A program made the translations under genes and the position numbers. Below, one piece after another: positions 27,849-39,730 of a DNA stretch of 64,000 nt. This stretch comes from Lama glama. Its lineage: Eukaryota. The first letter of the stretch is position 1, and each line of letters starts with the position of its first letter. The notes under the pieces are model-generated. The model worked only from the letters and a program-made list of their open reading frames with translations, was not told the DNA's origin and searched no databases. Location of the stretch: NCBI GenBank assembly GCA_028534125.1, contig CM052816.1, positions 64,854,001 through 64,918,000 on the forward strand, in the 5' to 3' direction.

Positions 27849-28007
27849 TTTTTAATATATATATATTTTTAATTTTGTGGGTTTTTTTGTGGGGAGTGGT
27901 ACTTAGGTTTATTTATTTATTTCTTAGTGGGGATGCTAGGAACTGAACCCAGGACCTTGTGCATGCTGCTAAGCAGGCACTCTACCACCAAGCTATACCC
28001 TCCCCCC
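27849..28007 (-). mobile_element. tRNA-Ala-derived camelid SINE
   Basis: tgaacccaggaccttgtgcatgct...ctctaccaccaagctataccctcccc; TSD tatttgtt. Confidence 0.8.
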
Positions 28008-29176
28008 TTATTTGTTATGTATTTTATAATTCCTCACTTTGACTTTTAAATCAAACATCATTCTCGATTGCATCAGATAAGAAGGCATCTGATATACTTA
28101 AATTTTGTTAATTGGCAAATCCTGACTTTCTTAGAGCCCAGCAGGTAGAACCTTGTTAGGAAATAGATTGGACCAGCTACCATCAATAAATCACTTTGTT
28201 TTGCCTTCCCTTCCCTCCCATGTCCTGCCATCTCCACGTAGGGTTGATGAATTTGCCACCTTAAAGCTATATACAATGTATTAAGCAAAATAACCACAAA
28301 ATGAACTTGTATATAACTTAAGAAGGAGTTCCTCTTCTGTCCCTTCTTCCTTTGGCTAATGATGCCTCTTAAAACAGATCTCAGCTGTGATGGGTGAACA
28401 ACTGTGACTGTACCAAAACCATTGAATTTTACCCTTAAGTGGGTGAACTATATGCTATGTGAAACATATCTCAATAAAATCAGTACCCCCCAAAAACAAA
28501 TTCACAGGAGAAAATAAGAAAACTTAGTTTGCAGTTCATGGAATAGATATAAAAAGAAAAACATATTCAGCCCCTCCCACTACATGCTAGAAACTTACAA
28601 ATGGATAGATAAGAGTATCTAAAGTGCACAGCAACTTAAAACAAGGTAACTCAAACATTTGCTTCTTTTGAACATCATAATATACTACACAGTGTTTTTA
28701 TTTATGTAGGTATACTGTCAGGACAAAGCTAATTTGTTATTATGATAGTGTAGAGAATATAATACTAGGCAGAACAGAAAAGAGTTGTATTTTCTGGGTT
28801 TAAAGTCATTGAATTATGGATCTGGGAGCCTGATTTTGCCCTATCAATTATGAAGTATTTCTAGGGTCTTCGTGAGGTCCTGTTACGCCTGGGCTCCTGT
28901 AAGCTGCACACTAAGTAGGCAGTAATGAGACTGGTCTTAATTTATAAGTACAGGAATAAACATTCAGATTAGTTCTATCATTTTAAAGAATGAGATTAAG
29001 AAATGTTAAAATGCATTCATTTTAACAATGTTTCCATTGTTCAAAACATTTTTGGCACCATCTTCTTTGTCTTTTTTAGGCAGGAAGATGTCAAAGCTTT
29101 AGAATCATACCTCATTGTGTGTGTGTGAGTGTGTCCATATATAGTATGAATTAGTATCATCACTTGTTTCCAAATG

Positions 29177-29250
29177 CCTTTTGGCTATTTTAAAACTCAG
29201 ATCTACCCTTAAAGGAAAAAAATTTGCTGCTATTGAGAATATTCCAAAGT
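29177..29250 (+). mobile_element. Ancient mariner (MARNA-like) transposase relic
   Basis: With one frameshift it reads FWLF-KLRSTLKGKKFAAIENIPK, like the mariner C-terminal motif (D)F.LFPKLK..LKG.RF. Confidence 0.45.
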
Positions 29251-29447
29251 ATGGGCTGAATGGGGCTCACAGGACTGTCTGGGAGATTAAAACTGAAGAA
29301 CTTGACTCAGAAATTTGGCAGAGATCTTAGCAGTGGAGGAACAGTGGAGGTCACACCACAAAGCTATGTGGTTTAGCAGGTCCTTACTCGCATGTCCACT
29401 GGTAGACTTTACCTCCACTGGTGCCAGTCGGCCATGAAGTCTTTTTC

Positions 29448-29473
29448 TGTGTGTGTGTGTGTGTGTGTGTGTA
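29448..29473. repeat. (TG)n microsatellite at the tail of a short antisense L1 3' tip (to about 29530)
   Basis: About 13 TG units followed by (attt)n attgaagtatag. Confidence 0.9.
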
Positions 29474-30526
29474 TTTATTTATTTATTGAAGTATAGCCAG
29501 TTTACAATGTTGTGTCAATTTCTGGTGTATAGCTGGCCGTGGAGTCTTGTGTCACTTCTTTTAGATGTAATAGTCCCAGGTAGGAGTGTTGGTGCAAGCT
29601 GTGTTTATGTGCCCTGCACCAGATACCAGTGAGTGGGGGTGGATGAATCCTTTATCTTGCTCTTTGACTCTGTTCCCACCTAAATTCACACAATGGAAGA
29701 TTTCCCCACAAATGTTCAGTGCAAAGTTGTTTACATTACACATTACTGATATTACAGATGCATCTTTGGATTCTTTTATGAGTTAAAAGGAGCATGTATT
29801 ATGTTTGTAATTTAAAAAGGAGAATATGAAATAATTAACAAAAAAGAGAGATGTTTTTCTAGTTCCAGGCAGTCAGCACCTGTGCTGTGAGGGAGACTCC
29901 ACAGAGGGCTGTGACACCCTCAGCTCACTGCTCTTCCATCCGCCTGGAGGGAGGACTGAGCCTTGACCTTTAGAAAAGTTCTGCTTAGTGGTGCAATAAC
30001 CTGGACACGGAGAAATCAGGTAAAGAGGAGAGTGCAGTGGAAAACGTGCATGCGTTCCTTGATCGCGCCTGTTCAGTAGCGTTTCACTCAGAACTTCAGT
30101 TTAATCTCTCGTCTGATTTGGAAAGGAGGAAGTCTGTTAAAAAAAAAAAGTAACAAGAAAACAGCTGGAAAGGCAAGAGTTCAGTTCTCTGTTGAGAGTC
30201 TGAGGTTCCTAAACTCCCAAGGAGACTCCTGGCTGTTGTGACCTTTTTTTTTTCTTTTGAGTTGAAAAAATGTGAGCTTAGGGAAACTCAGAGGAAACAT
30301 TTTTCTTCATTTTCTTCTCAGAATAGAGGCAGGAGTGAGGCAGGGGAGAGTATAGCTGAGTAAATATAGTCACTGTCTCCTTAGGATAATTGGTGATAAA
30401 GTGCTGGTGCAATTTATATTCATTCTATGGCGTCATTTTTTAATTGGCTGTCCTGAAGGAGTGTTGTTTTTCCCGGCTTGCTTCTTCACTTTTATCTTCC
30501 CGTTATTGTCCTTTTCGGGGGGCGGG

Positions 30527-30694
30527 GCAACTCTACTCTGGTGAATGATCAAATGTTCAGGCAAGTATATCGAAGTGTTGTAAGCTCATTAATTTCTTGC
30601 AGCACGCTGGGAAGTGCTGTTTACAGCCCTTTCTGGTGGTATAAAACCTGTCTCTGTTGAGAGCCACGGAAGCTCCTTCTTTGATAATTAGTAT
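30527..30694 (+). repeat. 168-bp direct repeat, copy 1
   Basis: 164/168 identical to 32557-32724, no indels. Confidence 0.97.
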
Positions 30695-30836
30695 TCTGCT
30701 TTAGTCAGTGCCGTGAAGAACTCTGTATGCGCTACTAACACTTGTGGACGTGCAGAGCTCTGTGAGCTTCCTGTAGCTACTGCTGCTGGTGACATTTTGA
30801 GATGCTTCTGGAAGCGTTTCTCAACTTACCTTGGCA

Positions 30837-31020
30837 CAGTGGTGTTCGAACATCAGCACGCATTAGAATCACCTGGAGGGCTTGTTCAAACAGGGGTGCA
30901 GGGCTCCACCTGGAGAGGTTGAGTCAGTAGGTCTGGGATGCAGCCTGAGAATTTGCATATCTAACAAATTCCCAGGTGATACTTACGCTGCTGGTCCTGA
31001 GACCACATTCTGAGATCCGC
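30837..31020. mobile_element. MER5A-like hAT-Charlie MITE
   Basis: cagtggt...cattagaatcacctggagggcttgtt...cagtaggtctggga...ctgagaatttgcat...aacaaattcccaggtgat...gaccacattctgaga. Confidence 0.85.
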
Positions 31021-31911
31021 GGAGATTTATGGCTCAAATGGGTATGTAAACACCCTAAGTAAAATGGAGAAACCAGTGCAGTGAATCTTTGAATTACTGT
31101 TTGTTAAGTATCACAGAGTTCCGAGCATTAAGTGAGGGGTTTGGGGGAACATTTCAGGTATGTGCATACAATTCATGCTGCCTAGGATTTTAACAGTAAC
31201 TATAAAAAAGTGTTTTTGTTTTCCAAGTAACGTTATTAATCTCATAGAGAATGTTATTTAACGAAAGTCTTCTCCTTTTAATATAAAATAGTAATCTGAT
31301 AGCTTCTTGTTCAATATAAAATGAAATAATATTTTGCATAAGCAGTAATTGAATTCATTTAGGGTTTTTTCCTATATAATAATAATTTGAGACAATTACT
31401 TAAACATAGGAAAGATGTGAACTTCAAAATCATGTTGCAAACATGTTGCAACAACAGGAATGATTTCACTGTTGAATGCATTTGTAAAAGCAGACTTCAC
31501 TTATATTTTTGGTCCTACCTTCAATAAATGATCAGAGTTGCTTTTAAGATTATGTGCTTCAGAGGCCTCTGGACCAGACGGTGGTTATGAGTTGCTCTTT
31601 AGACCACAGCCTAAGAGCTTGGCTTAGGAGCCAAAGAGCTTTGGGCTGGAAACTGGTTCTGTTATTTAGGCAAATTATGTATCCCTGTGAAGAGGCGATC
31701 GTAGGCTTTGCTAAACTATTGTATATTTGTTTTCTATTTCTTTACCTTATGTTCCTGTCTTTATTTCTTTCACTCTGTTTCTTTGACTTGAAGCTGCTGT
31801 TCTTTTAACTTTGTGATATAAATGCTTAGATCATTCATTAGCAGATTTTTGTCTTTTCTACTGTATACATAAAAGGCTATAAATTTTCCTTGAAGCACAA
31901 ATTTAGTGGCA

Positions 31912-32268
31912 CCTTTCCTTTGGAAGGTTTTATGATACATTGTTATCGTTAAACTTTGTTTCAATGGGTCTCAAAATTCTGTGGCAGATTTTTGGTCAAG
32001 TTGTTTCCATTAAAAAGTAGTGACTTTAAAAACTAATAACTTAAAACTGCCACACACACAAAACAAATGGTCCACAAAACAGTTTCCTTTCCTTCTGAAG
32101 GTTTTATGATGCATTGTTATCATTAACCAGTCTTTTACTATTAAACTTAAATGGCCAATGAAGACAAACAGTTCAGAGACAGTTCTTCCACCACTGATTA
32201 AGACTGGGTTGGTAGATATTAGGAATAATGTTCATTTGGTCTTCTGAGCTTTCTGGGCAGACGTGGTG
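31912..32268 (-). pseudogene. EEF1A1: EEF1A1 processed fragment (last 11 codons plus 3' UTR)
   Basis: Minus strand ACC ACG TCT GCC CAG AAA GCT CAG AAG ACC AAA TGA (cf. TKSAQKAQKAK*; TGA at 32232-32234), then the recognisable EEF1A1 3' UTR (cttaatcagtggtggaagaac...gtaaaagactggttaatgataacaatgcatc...gaattttgagacccatt). Confidence 0.93.
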
Positions 32269-32556
32269 CCACATGAGTTTTGATGTGTATTATTTTCATT
32301 ATACGGCATTTAAAAGTGTATTCTAATTTCTTTTGTAGTTTCTTGTGTCTATGAGGTATGGAAGTGTATTTTAAAATTTGTAAACATAGAGGGATTATTT
32401 AATGTCTTTAAGCCTAAGGTTCTTTATCTTTAAAATATAATCAAGTTATGGGGAGGACTAAAGAGCTAAAGTAACCAACATGCTTGGCACAATGTCTTGC
32501 GAAGTCAGTTTTCAATAAATATGTATTGATACACACACACACACACACATTTATAT

Positions 32557-32724
32557 GCAACTCTACTCTGGTGAATGATCAAATGTTCAGGCAAGTATAT
32601 CGAAGTGTTGTGAGCTCATTAATTTCTTGCAGCACGCTGGGAAGTGCTGTTTACAGCCCCTTCTGGTGGTATAAAACCTGTCTCTGTTGAGAGCTATGGA
32701 AGCTCCTTCTTTGATAATTAGTAT
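32557..32724 (+). repeat. 168-bp direct repeat, copy 2 (next to a (CA)n run)
   Basis: 164/168 identical to 30527-30694; preceded by (ac)n at 32531-32548. Confidence 0.97.
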
Positions 32725-34521
32725 CTAAGAATCCAAGGTAGAAAACTTAGCTTGCCTACTTATAAATAGTTTGAGCTGGGAAAAAACCCAATTTCCATTC
32801 ACAGCATATATGAAACACCCACAGTATTTATATTTTACAGATTTACCCTATGGAAATTTTCTGACGAACGCTTTTAGCTATTCTTTTTCAGGGCTCACTC
32901 TTCTGCTGATTTTATTGTATAGTAAAGGCCATGAGGAAGTCTGATTTCTAGTCTTTATTTATGTGACTTTATATCCTAAAGTCTAAAATATACAATTTTG
33001 CTGTTTAAAAAGTAAGATGCATCTAAATTCTTAGGTATATTTAATGTAATATTATTTTAACTCACAAAACTTTGATAAATTAATGTTGTAACTTAACATT
33101 TGTTGGTGTCTTGTGATTAAGAAAATATAATTTTTTTTTTAGTTTTGTTGGTTTTGACCCGCCAAATTGATTTTGTGACCGTTAAGTTTGTCATAATCCG
33201 TATCTTGGAAAATGCTGACTTACATATGTCATAACACATTTCCTGGGACTGGCAGATTGCTATATAGAGTTCCTGAGCTAGGAATGTGGATGGATGGTTA
33301 TCAGGCATATATTCAGTGATACCCCACGAGCAGTCTTGGTGCTGTAAGGTGGCTTGTCCTTGGCCTCTCTCTGCTTTTCTCTTGGTTACTCCCTCCTACC
33401 ACCTTCTTGCATCTCATGCCCCCTGCTCTTATAAGAGCCCCATTATGGATGTTATTCAGCAATTATAGTTTTACTTATAAAACCTACCTATATTACTTTT
33501 TTTTCCTATTGTGTGCTGTTTATTATTTTTAGTAGCTTTGATTACACATACCAATTTGAATCCTCATCTCTTAAAAACCTTAATCTCTAGTGAATGTTTT
33601 AGGATCTTATTTTGTTAGGGAATAACCTACATGTTTAACTATTCAATAAATGTCCATCCTTTAACTTAATTTAGCACAACTCTAAAATTTCAAGTTACCA
33701 TGTACCTGGAGAGATCATTTTTATGTAGAAAGTCCTAAAACAAAATTATTTCTAAAGAGTTCACCCAAAAGCTTAAGAAATACTTATTTTCATTTAATTA
33801 GCTTATAATTTCATCAGACCAAGTTAATTTTTTTTCTTTCTGCTGACAAACTGCAAAAGAAACAATATGAACTTACTGACCTTCAGTAAACCTAGTTATA
33901 ATAAAAGATGTGGCTGTATTGATTATACCAACAAGCTTAAACTAGCTTTAATATCAGTTATCAATTCAACATCGAATATTCCTTAGATCACATGAACCTG
34001 AAATTTGTCTGTCGAGCTTCTTTTATACTTAGAAGTATTCAAAGGTTTATGGCATGCTCACAGGGATGAGCAATTCAAATGGTTCTGAGTTGTTTCAAAT
34101 ACTTTTCTTCAGGACTGTCTCATGTACCATCTCCCCAAAGCTGGAGGAGATATTCTATACAGGGGAGGGTGAGAATCAGCCCCAGTGCTACCAGCTACCA
34201 GGGCTTTGTCTGGTTGGTCCAACTTCACTTGAACATTTTGGCGGAGATGTTTGGTAGAGTAACCTGTTTCTCAAGGGTTTTTTTTTTTTTTTAACTTTCA
34301 ATCAAGTTTTCCCAGAATGTTTAATTGCCACTTGGAAAAAAATCTACCCAGGTGATTCTAATGTGCAGCCAGGGTTGAAAGCCTCTGGGAAGTTCCATTT
34401 TCCCTTCTAGGACTTTCTTAGCCAGCCTCTTCCCTCAAATAACTCTACCCCGTATGATCAAATTAAGAAAAATTGCTTTTTATTCCGCACTTGGAGACAA
34501 GGTTTAAATTGCAACCCTCCC

Positions 34522-35810
34522 CCGAGAGGTTCTCAAAAAGTTAAACGTAAACTTATCATTGAACAAGCAGTTCTACTCCTAGTTATATACCAAATGAACT
34601 GAAAACAAGGGTTCAAAGAAAAACATGTACACAAATGTGATGTCGTGATTTGTAATAAGAAATATGTATTTGGTTTTCATCCCATTTGTGGCAAGCGGCT
34701 CCTAAAACTTTTGAAATTTCTTAAATGATGAACAAGGTAAATGTGGCTTTTGCTACGTTACTACGGTGACTTTCGGAAAGCATCTGAGGAGGTTGAGGAG
34801 TGGGGCTGGAGGTGGAACAGTAGCCAGTGGGCAGTAATTTACACAATCATGTCTGCATAATGGAGCCTCCATAAAAGCCCACAATGAGAGGGTTTGGAGA
34901 GCTTCCAGGTTGGTGAGCACACGGAGGTTTGGGGAGAGCGGTGTGCTAGGAGAGGGCATGGGAGCTCCTGCCCCTCCCCCATCCCTTGTCCTACGTGTCT
35001 TTTCCATCTGGCTGTTCCTGAGTTATATTCTAATATAATAAGCAGATCATCTAGTGAGTAAAATGCCTCCTTGAGTTCTGCGAACCACTCTAGCAAATTA
35101 GTTGAACTCAAGGAGGGGGTCATTGGAACTGTTCATCTGTAGTCAGAAGCACAGGTGACAACCTGGACTTGAGATTGGCATCTAAAGTGGTGGAGAGCAA
35201 TCTTGTAGGACTGAACCCTTAACCTGTGGAATCTGATGACATCTCCAGGTAGGTAGTGTCAGAGTTATGTTTGAATTATAGGACAACCAACTGGTGGAGA
35301 ATCGCTTGGTGGTGTAGGGGAAAAACACACACAGCAGAATTGGGTACAGAACCCTTACGTTCTAACAGCATTATTCACAGTAGCCAACAGGTGGAAACAA
35401 TTCAAATGTCTGACGAATGGATAAACACATGTAGTATAGCCATACAATGGAATAGGATTCAGCCACAAAAAGGAATGGAGTGATGCATGCTATAACATGG
35501 ATGAACCTTGAAAACATGATTCTAAGTGAAAGAAGCCAAACACCAAAGGTCACATAGTATATGATTCCATTTTGTGAAATATCCAGAATAGATAAATCCA
35601 TAGAGATGAAAACAGATGAATGGTTTCCAGGGGGAAATGGTGAATGACTTCTTAATGAGTACAGAATTTTGTTTTGGGGTGATGAAAATGTTTTTGGATC
35701 TAGATAGAGGTGATGTTTGTGTAACACTGTAGATGTACTCAAGGGGACTGAATTGTACATGTTAAAATGGTTAATTTTAGGTTAAATGAATTTTATCTCA
35801 ATTTAAAAGA
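34522..35810 (+). mobile_element. L1 (L1MB/MC-like) 3' region split by MER21
   Basis: L1 sequence ...acatgtacacaaat stops near 34636 and resumes gttctaacagcattattcacagtagcc near 35359, continuing to ttttatctcaatttaaaa. Confidence 0.8.
34636..35350. mobile_element. MER21-like LTR nested in L1
   Basis: tgtgatgtcgtgatttgtaataagaaatatgtatttgg...ggagagcttccaggttggtgagcac...aacctgtggaatctgatg. Confidence 0.75.
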
Positions 35811-35919
35811 ATGAAGCAAACAAACCAAAATAAACAAGATAGTACTGGAAAATCTGCACAGAGATGCCATTGACCACTAATGCAATCTCTCATTTACTAC
35901 CAAGAAAACAAAAACAAAA

Positions 35920-36098
35920 ACAAGATTACACTGTATAGCACAGGGAAGTGTGTACAAGATCTTGTGGTAGCTCACAGTGAAAAAAAATGTGACAATGAAT
36001 ATATGTATGTTCATGTATGACTGAAAAATTGTTTTTCACTAAAATTTGACACAACATTGTAAAATGACTATAACTCCATAAAAAAATGTTAAAAAAAA
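35920..36098 (+). mobile_element. Young camelid L1 3' end
   Basis: Reverse complement of the 981-1176 element. Confidence 0.85.
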
Positions 36099-36596
36099 TC
36101 CCAAAACCTCAGGAGCGGTAAATAATGGTTTAGAGGAGGATTTACCTGAAACGACTGAAGCTTTAGTCAGAGTCCCTTGTTTGGGTGGTCCCATTTCAAG
36201 TTCCTGTTTGGGGCCCTTGCACTGTCTTTGAAACTAAGGTACTACATCTATAAAACCTCAGAGGGTTGTGAGGACTGAGCTGATATAACAAAGTCCTGGT
36301 TTTTGTAAAACTTACAAAAATAACATTTCAAATTTCAATTACTTGAGCCTACCCTTTCTACTTAGAGATTTAGGTCGTATTTCTCTTTGGGTTATGGTGG
36401 CAAGGTGGCCACAGGCACTTTTGGAATCAAGCTGACAGGAGGTTGAATTGGACAAACAATCAGTTTGGGTTATGTGTGAGATGTATATGTTACATTTATA
36501 AAACTTAGATAGTGTGATAGCTGTATAGACAAAGAGATTGGATCCAGTTTAAATGACTGTACTGCCCCTTTTCACATCAAAGAATGGTGGACTACT

Positions 36597-36866
36597 AGGC
36601 AGGTTGGGTGTAGCTCAGTGGTAGAATGCATACTTAGCATGCACAAGGTCCCGAGTTCAATCCCAAGCACCTCCATTAAAAGAAAAAAGAAAGAATTTTT
36701 TTTTTTTTAAAAAGGAGGAGGGTATACCTCGGGTTCTTGCTTAGCATGTACAAGGTCTTAGGTTCAAGCCCTAGTACCTCCATTAAAAAAAAAAAGTAAA
36801 TGAATAAATAAAACCTAATTCTGCCCGCCCCCCCACCAAGGGAAGTCTTTAAAAAAAAGTTTCAGC
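36597..36866 (+). mobile_element. Two head-to-tail tRNA-Ala-derived SINEs inside one 17-bp TSD
   Basis: Heads near 36606 and 36714; TSD aagaatggtg(g/a)actact at 36580-36596 and 36867-36883. Confidence 0.85.
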
Positions 36867-37429
36867 AAGAATGGTGAACTACTGACAACGAAGGCCGGGC
36901 ATACCTCTCCAATCTGCCTGGCTGGCTGGCAGAGAAGGAAAACTTGCATGTTGATGAAGGAGGAACCTCGGTGGATCGGCAGTGAAATCTAAAGTAAAAA
37001 GCAGCCTGGTCCAAGGTGTCCTGCAGGCTGTAAAATACAGTTTAATCAGGGTGCCATTTTTTTGTTTTTGTTGTTCAAATGATTTTAATTATTGGAAAGC
37101 GCAACTTTTAAATATGCAAATAAAATTTTTAAAACCAGAAAAAGAAATTTTTGTTCAACCAAAAAAATTGTATTTAATCACACATAATCAAACTTAGTAA
37201 TTGAACACATACTGGAGGAGGAGTTGTTTTTAGCTCTAAGGGAAAACCCACTGATATGCCTGCTATGTCTATAATGTGTGTATTTATCCCGTAGAAGTCC
37301 TGGGTTAGGGCAGCTGCTCAACAATGCAGTTGGGAAGCACAGTTTCATGTATTCTTACAGCTGCACTATTGTATCTGTAGGGGTGGAAGCAGAAACAGAA
37401 TCATGAGAAGCATTAAGGGAACGAGGTCG

Positions 37430-37890
37430 GACCCAGTGATATCTAGGTCCTAATCCTGGGACCTGTGAATATTACCTTATGTGACAAAGGAGACTGTAGA
37501 CATGATTAAAAGTATTGAGATGGGGAGATTATCTGGGTATGTCTGTACAGCTATCACACTGTCTAAAAGCAATCACAAGTGTCCCTATGAGAAGGAGAGA
37601 GGAAGATTTGACACACAAAAAAAGGCAAAGTGACCACTGAAGCAAGATGCTGTAAGGTGCTGATTTGAAGATGGAGGAAAAGTCCCACAGGCCAAGGAAT
37701 GCTGGAAAGGCAAGAAAACATTCTCTCTTACAGCCACTGGAGTGAGTGTGGCCTGCTGATACCTTGAATTTGGATCAGTGAAACTGACTTCACATTTCTG
37801 ACCTCCAGATCTGTAAGAGAATAAATATGTGTTGTGTTAAGCCACCAAGTATGTGGTAATTTGTTACAGCAGCCATAGGAAACTAATACA
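37430..37890 (+). mobile_element. MaLR LTR (MLT1C/D-like)
   Basis: gtcctaatcctgggacctgtgaatattaccttatgtgacaaaggagac...ttgttacagcagccataggaaactaataca. Confidence 0.85.
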
Positions 37891-38594
37891 GATAGAGAGC
37901 TAAGTTACTGCTAGCTGTACTGTGTCGGAACGGCTTCCAGTAATATTCTTGCTACCCACGTGTCAATCCACCAAGCACAGTGACAGGAAAGGACAGAGGC
38001 AGACTTTTATCATGCTGGAAATGTTTCATGTGGAATCTTAACACCAGAAGCGTATATGGCCAGTAGCAAGATTTGAAATGTAGAGAACCAAAATTTAGTC
38101 TGGGAGAACTATTCCAATTACCAGGCTTATGAAATTGTTTTCATTGATTTCTAGTCAAAGTAGAAATTCTGACAGTAATATATTTGATAACACCTCCTAT
38201 CAGTTGCAAATGCATTTCTTCTTTTTTGTTGGGAATGTGCAAAATAGAACTTACCAGAATTTCCATGTAAGACCCAAATCTGTTGCCATTCTACAAACTG
38301 TGTGTATGTGAAGTCATGTGCTTTTCGCCTCCCAGTGTGTTGGATTATTTTAGCATTTCAGATGCACCTTGTCCTGCAAAAATCCTGGGATTCCAGATGA
38401 AATGGCACACCCTGTTGCCAGCTGCAGTAAAACAACCAGAAGAGGGATGTGTTCAAGTGACCAAACTCCTAACATTCACTAGTAAGTCAATGTGCTCAGT
38501 GTGTGGGAGTTATATAACAGTAAGTACTATGAGTAAATGTGGAGCTCAGTACAAGATAACAGCACTTGAAAAATGCATTTGGATTGCTCTTGGG

Positions 38595-38807
38595 CAGGGG
38601 TTGGCAAACTATGGCCCAGGGACCAAATCCAGCTTGCTGCCTTATTTGTCAGTAAGTTTTACTTGGAGCACAGTCATGCCCATTTATTTACATAATGTCT
38701 ATGGCTATTTTAGTGCTAGAAAAGCAGAGTTGTGTAGCTGAGACAGACTGTCAGGCCTCCTGTGCCAAAAGTGTTTGACCCTTCATTACAGAGCTTCCCA
38801 AGTCCTG
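38595..38807. mobile_element. MER58A-like hAT MITE
   Basis: caggggttggcaaactatggccc...caaatccagc...cacagtcatgcccatttatttacata...ctatggctatttt. Confidence 0.8.
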
Positions 38808-39590
38808 CTGTCATATGCCTTGATTTCAGGTAAGTTATGTTGTATACATTATATGATGTATTACATGTTAATCACATAAGTTATCTTAAAGAATCACTTA
38901 CTATACCAAAATATAGATATGAAAGCTATATTCCTAGGGAAGCCAAGAACAAAAATTAAAAAAAAAAAAGAAAGCTGGCAGAAGCTTTAGAATATCAAAA
39001 CCTCTCTTATTTGTGTCACAAGATAAATGCAACGCCCTGGTGCTCAAAATCCTGAGGTTTAGGAAAAGAATCAAGATAACCAAGGATCATAGTTAATAAA
39101 AATGGAGACAGAAGACATAAAGATATTTATCAGGACTGGGACCTTCTCAAGCAGGAAGCGATAAAGCAGCAGGAAGATGAACGTGACAGTCAAGAAAAAC
39201 TCACTTGACATCAGCAGACGGGCATGAAGATGAGCCACGGCTGCATTATGACCAGGTCATTGATTCTGATAAATGCTCTCATCTTTCGTCATGACTTGTT
39301 ATGGTGAGCACTCCCTCATCCCACAATGTTTAATGACTTTTTTCAGAATCACGATCCCATAATATTTATGAAGAACCAAATGGAACATGAATGGACAAAA
39401 GAGATGATGCTTCTTTATTAGATATTTTGGAAAAAAAAATCATTGTCATATGACAAGGCAACCAAAGATAATTCAGCTAAAACTACAGGAAAACGAGTAT
39501 CCTTGAAGCGTGTCAGGCAGCTAATTAATAAAAACAGTGTCTATTTTTTTCTGAATTTTGTAACACTTGTGATCTTTATCACTTTTTAAA

Positions 39591-39730
39591 AGCTCACAGG
39601 GAAAAAAATGTGACAATGAATATATGTATGTTCATGTATAACTGAAAAATTGTGCTCTACACTGGAATTTGACACAACATTGTAAAATGATAAATAAATA
39701 AAAAATGTTAAAAATAAATAAATAAAATGA
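39591..39730 (+). mobile_element. Young camelid L1 3' tip
   Basis: gctcacagggaaaaaaatgtgacaatgaatatatgtatg... with a (TAAA)n tail. Confidence 0.85.

Noticed and set aside
30623..30641. CTCF-like motif (minus ccaccagaaagggc) in the duplicated unit
   Set aside because: It mismatches the CCASYAGRKGGC core at several positions; too weak without a PWM scan.
31906..32272. 8-bp inverted repeat gtggcacc / ggtgccac flanking the EEF1A1 insert, suggesting transposon TIRs
   Set aside because: Very short, partly made of EEF1A1 and host sequence, and no TSD; likely chance or at most junction microhomology.
30478..32690. Two ORFs sharing NSTLVNDQMFRQVYRS...KTCLC, suggesting a duplicated gene
   Set aside because: A by-product of the 168-bp DNA duplication; the starts are unrelated (both TTG) and there is no coding evidence.
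36606..36675. tRNA-Ala(AGC)-like sequences (also about 1812-1909, 24470, 27930-28007, 48660-48735)
   Set aside because: They are diverged, have A-rich tails and TSDs, and share a SINE tail; these are SINEs, not tRNA genes.
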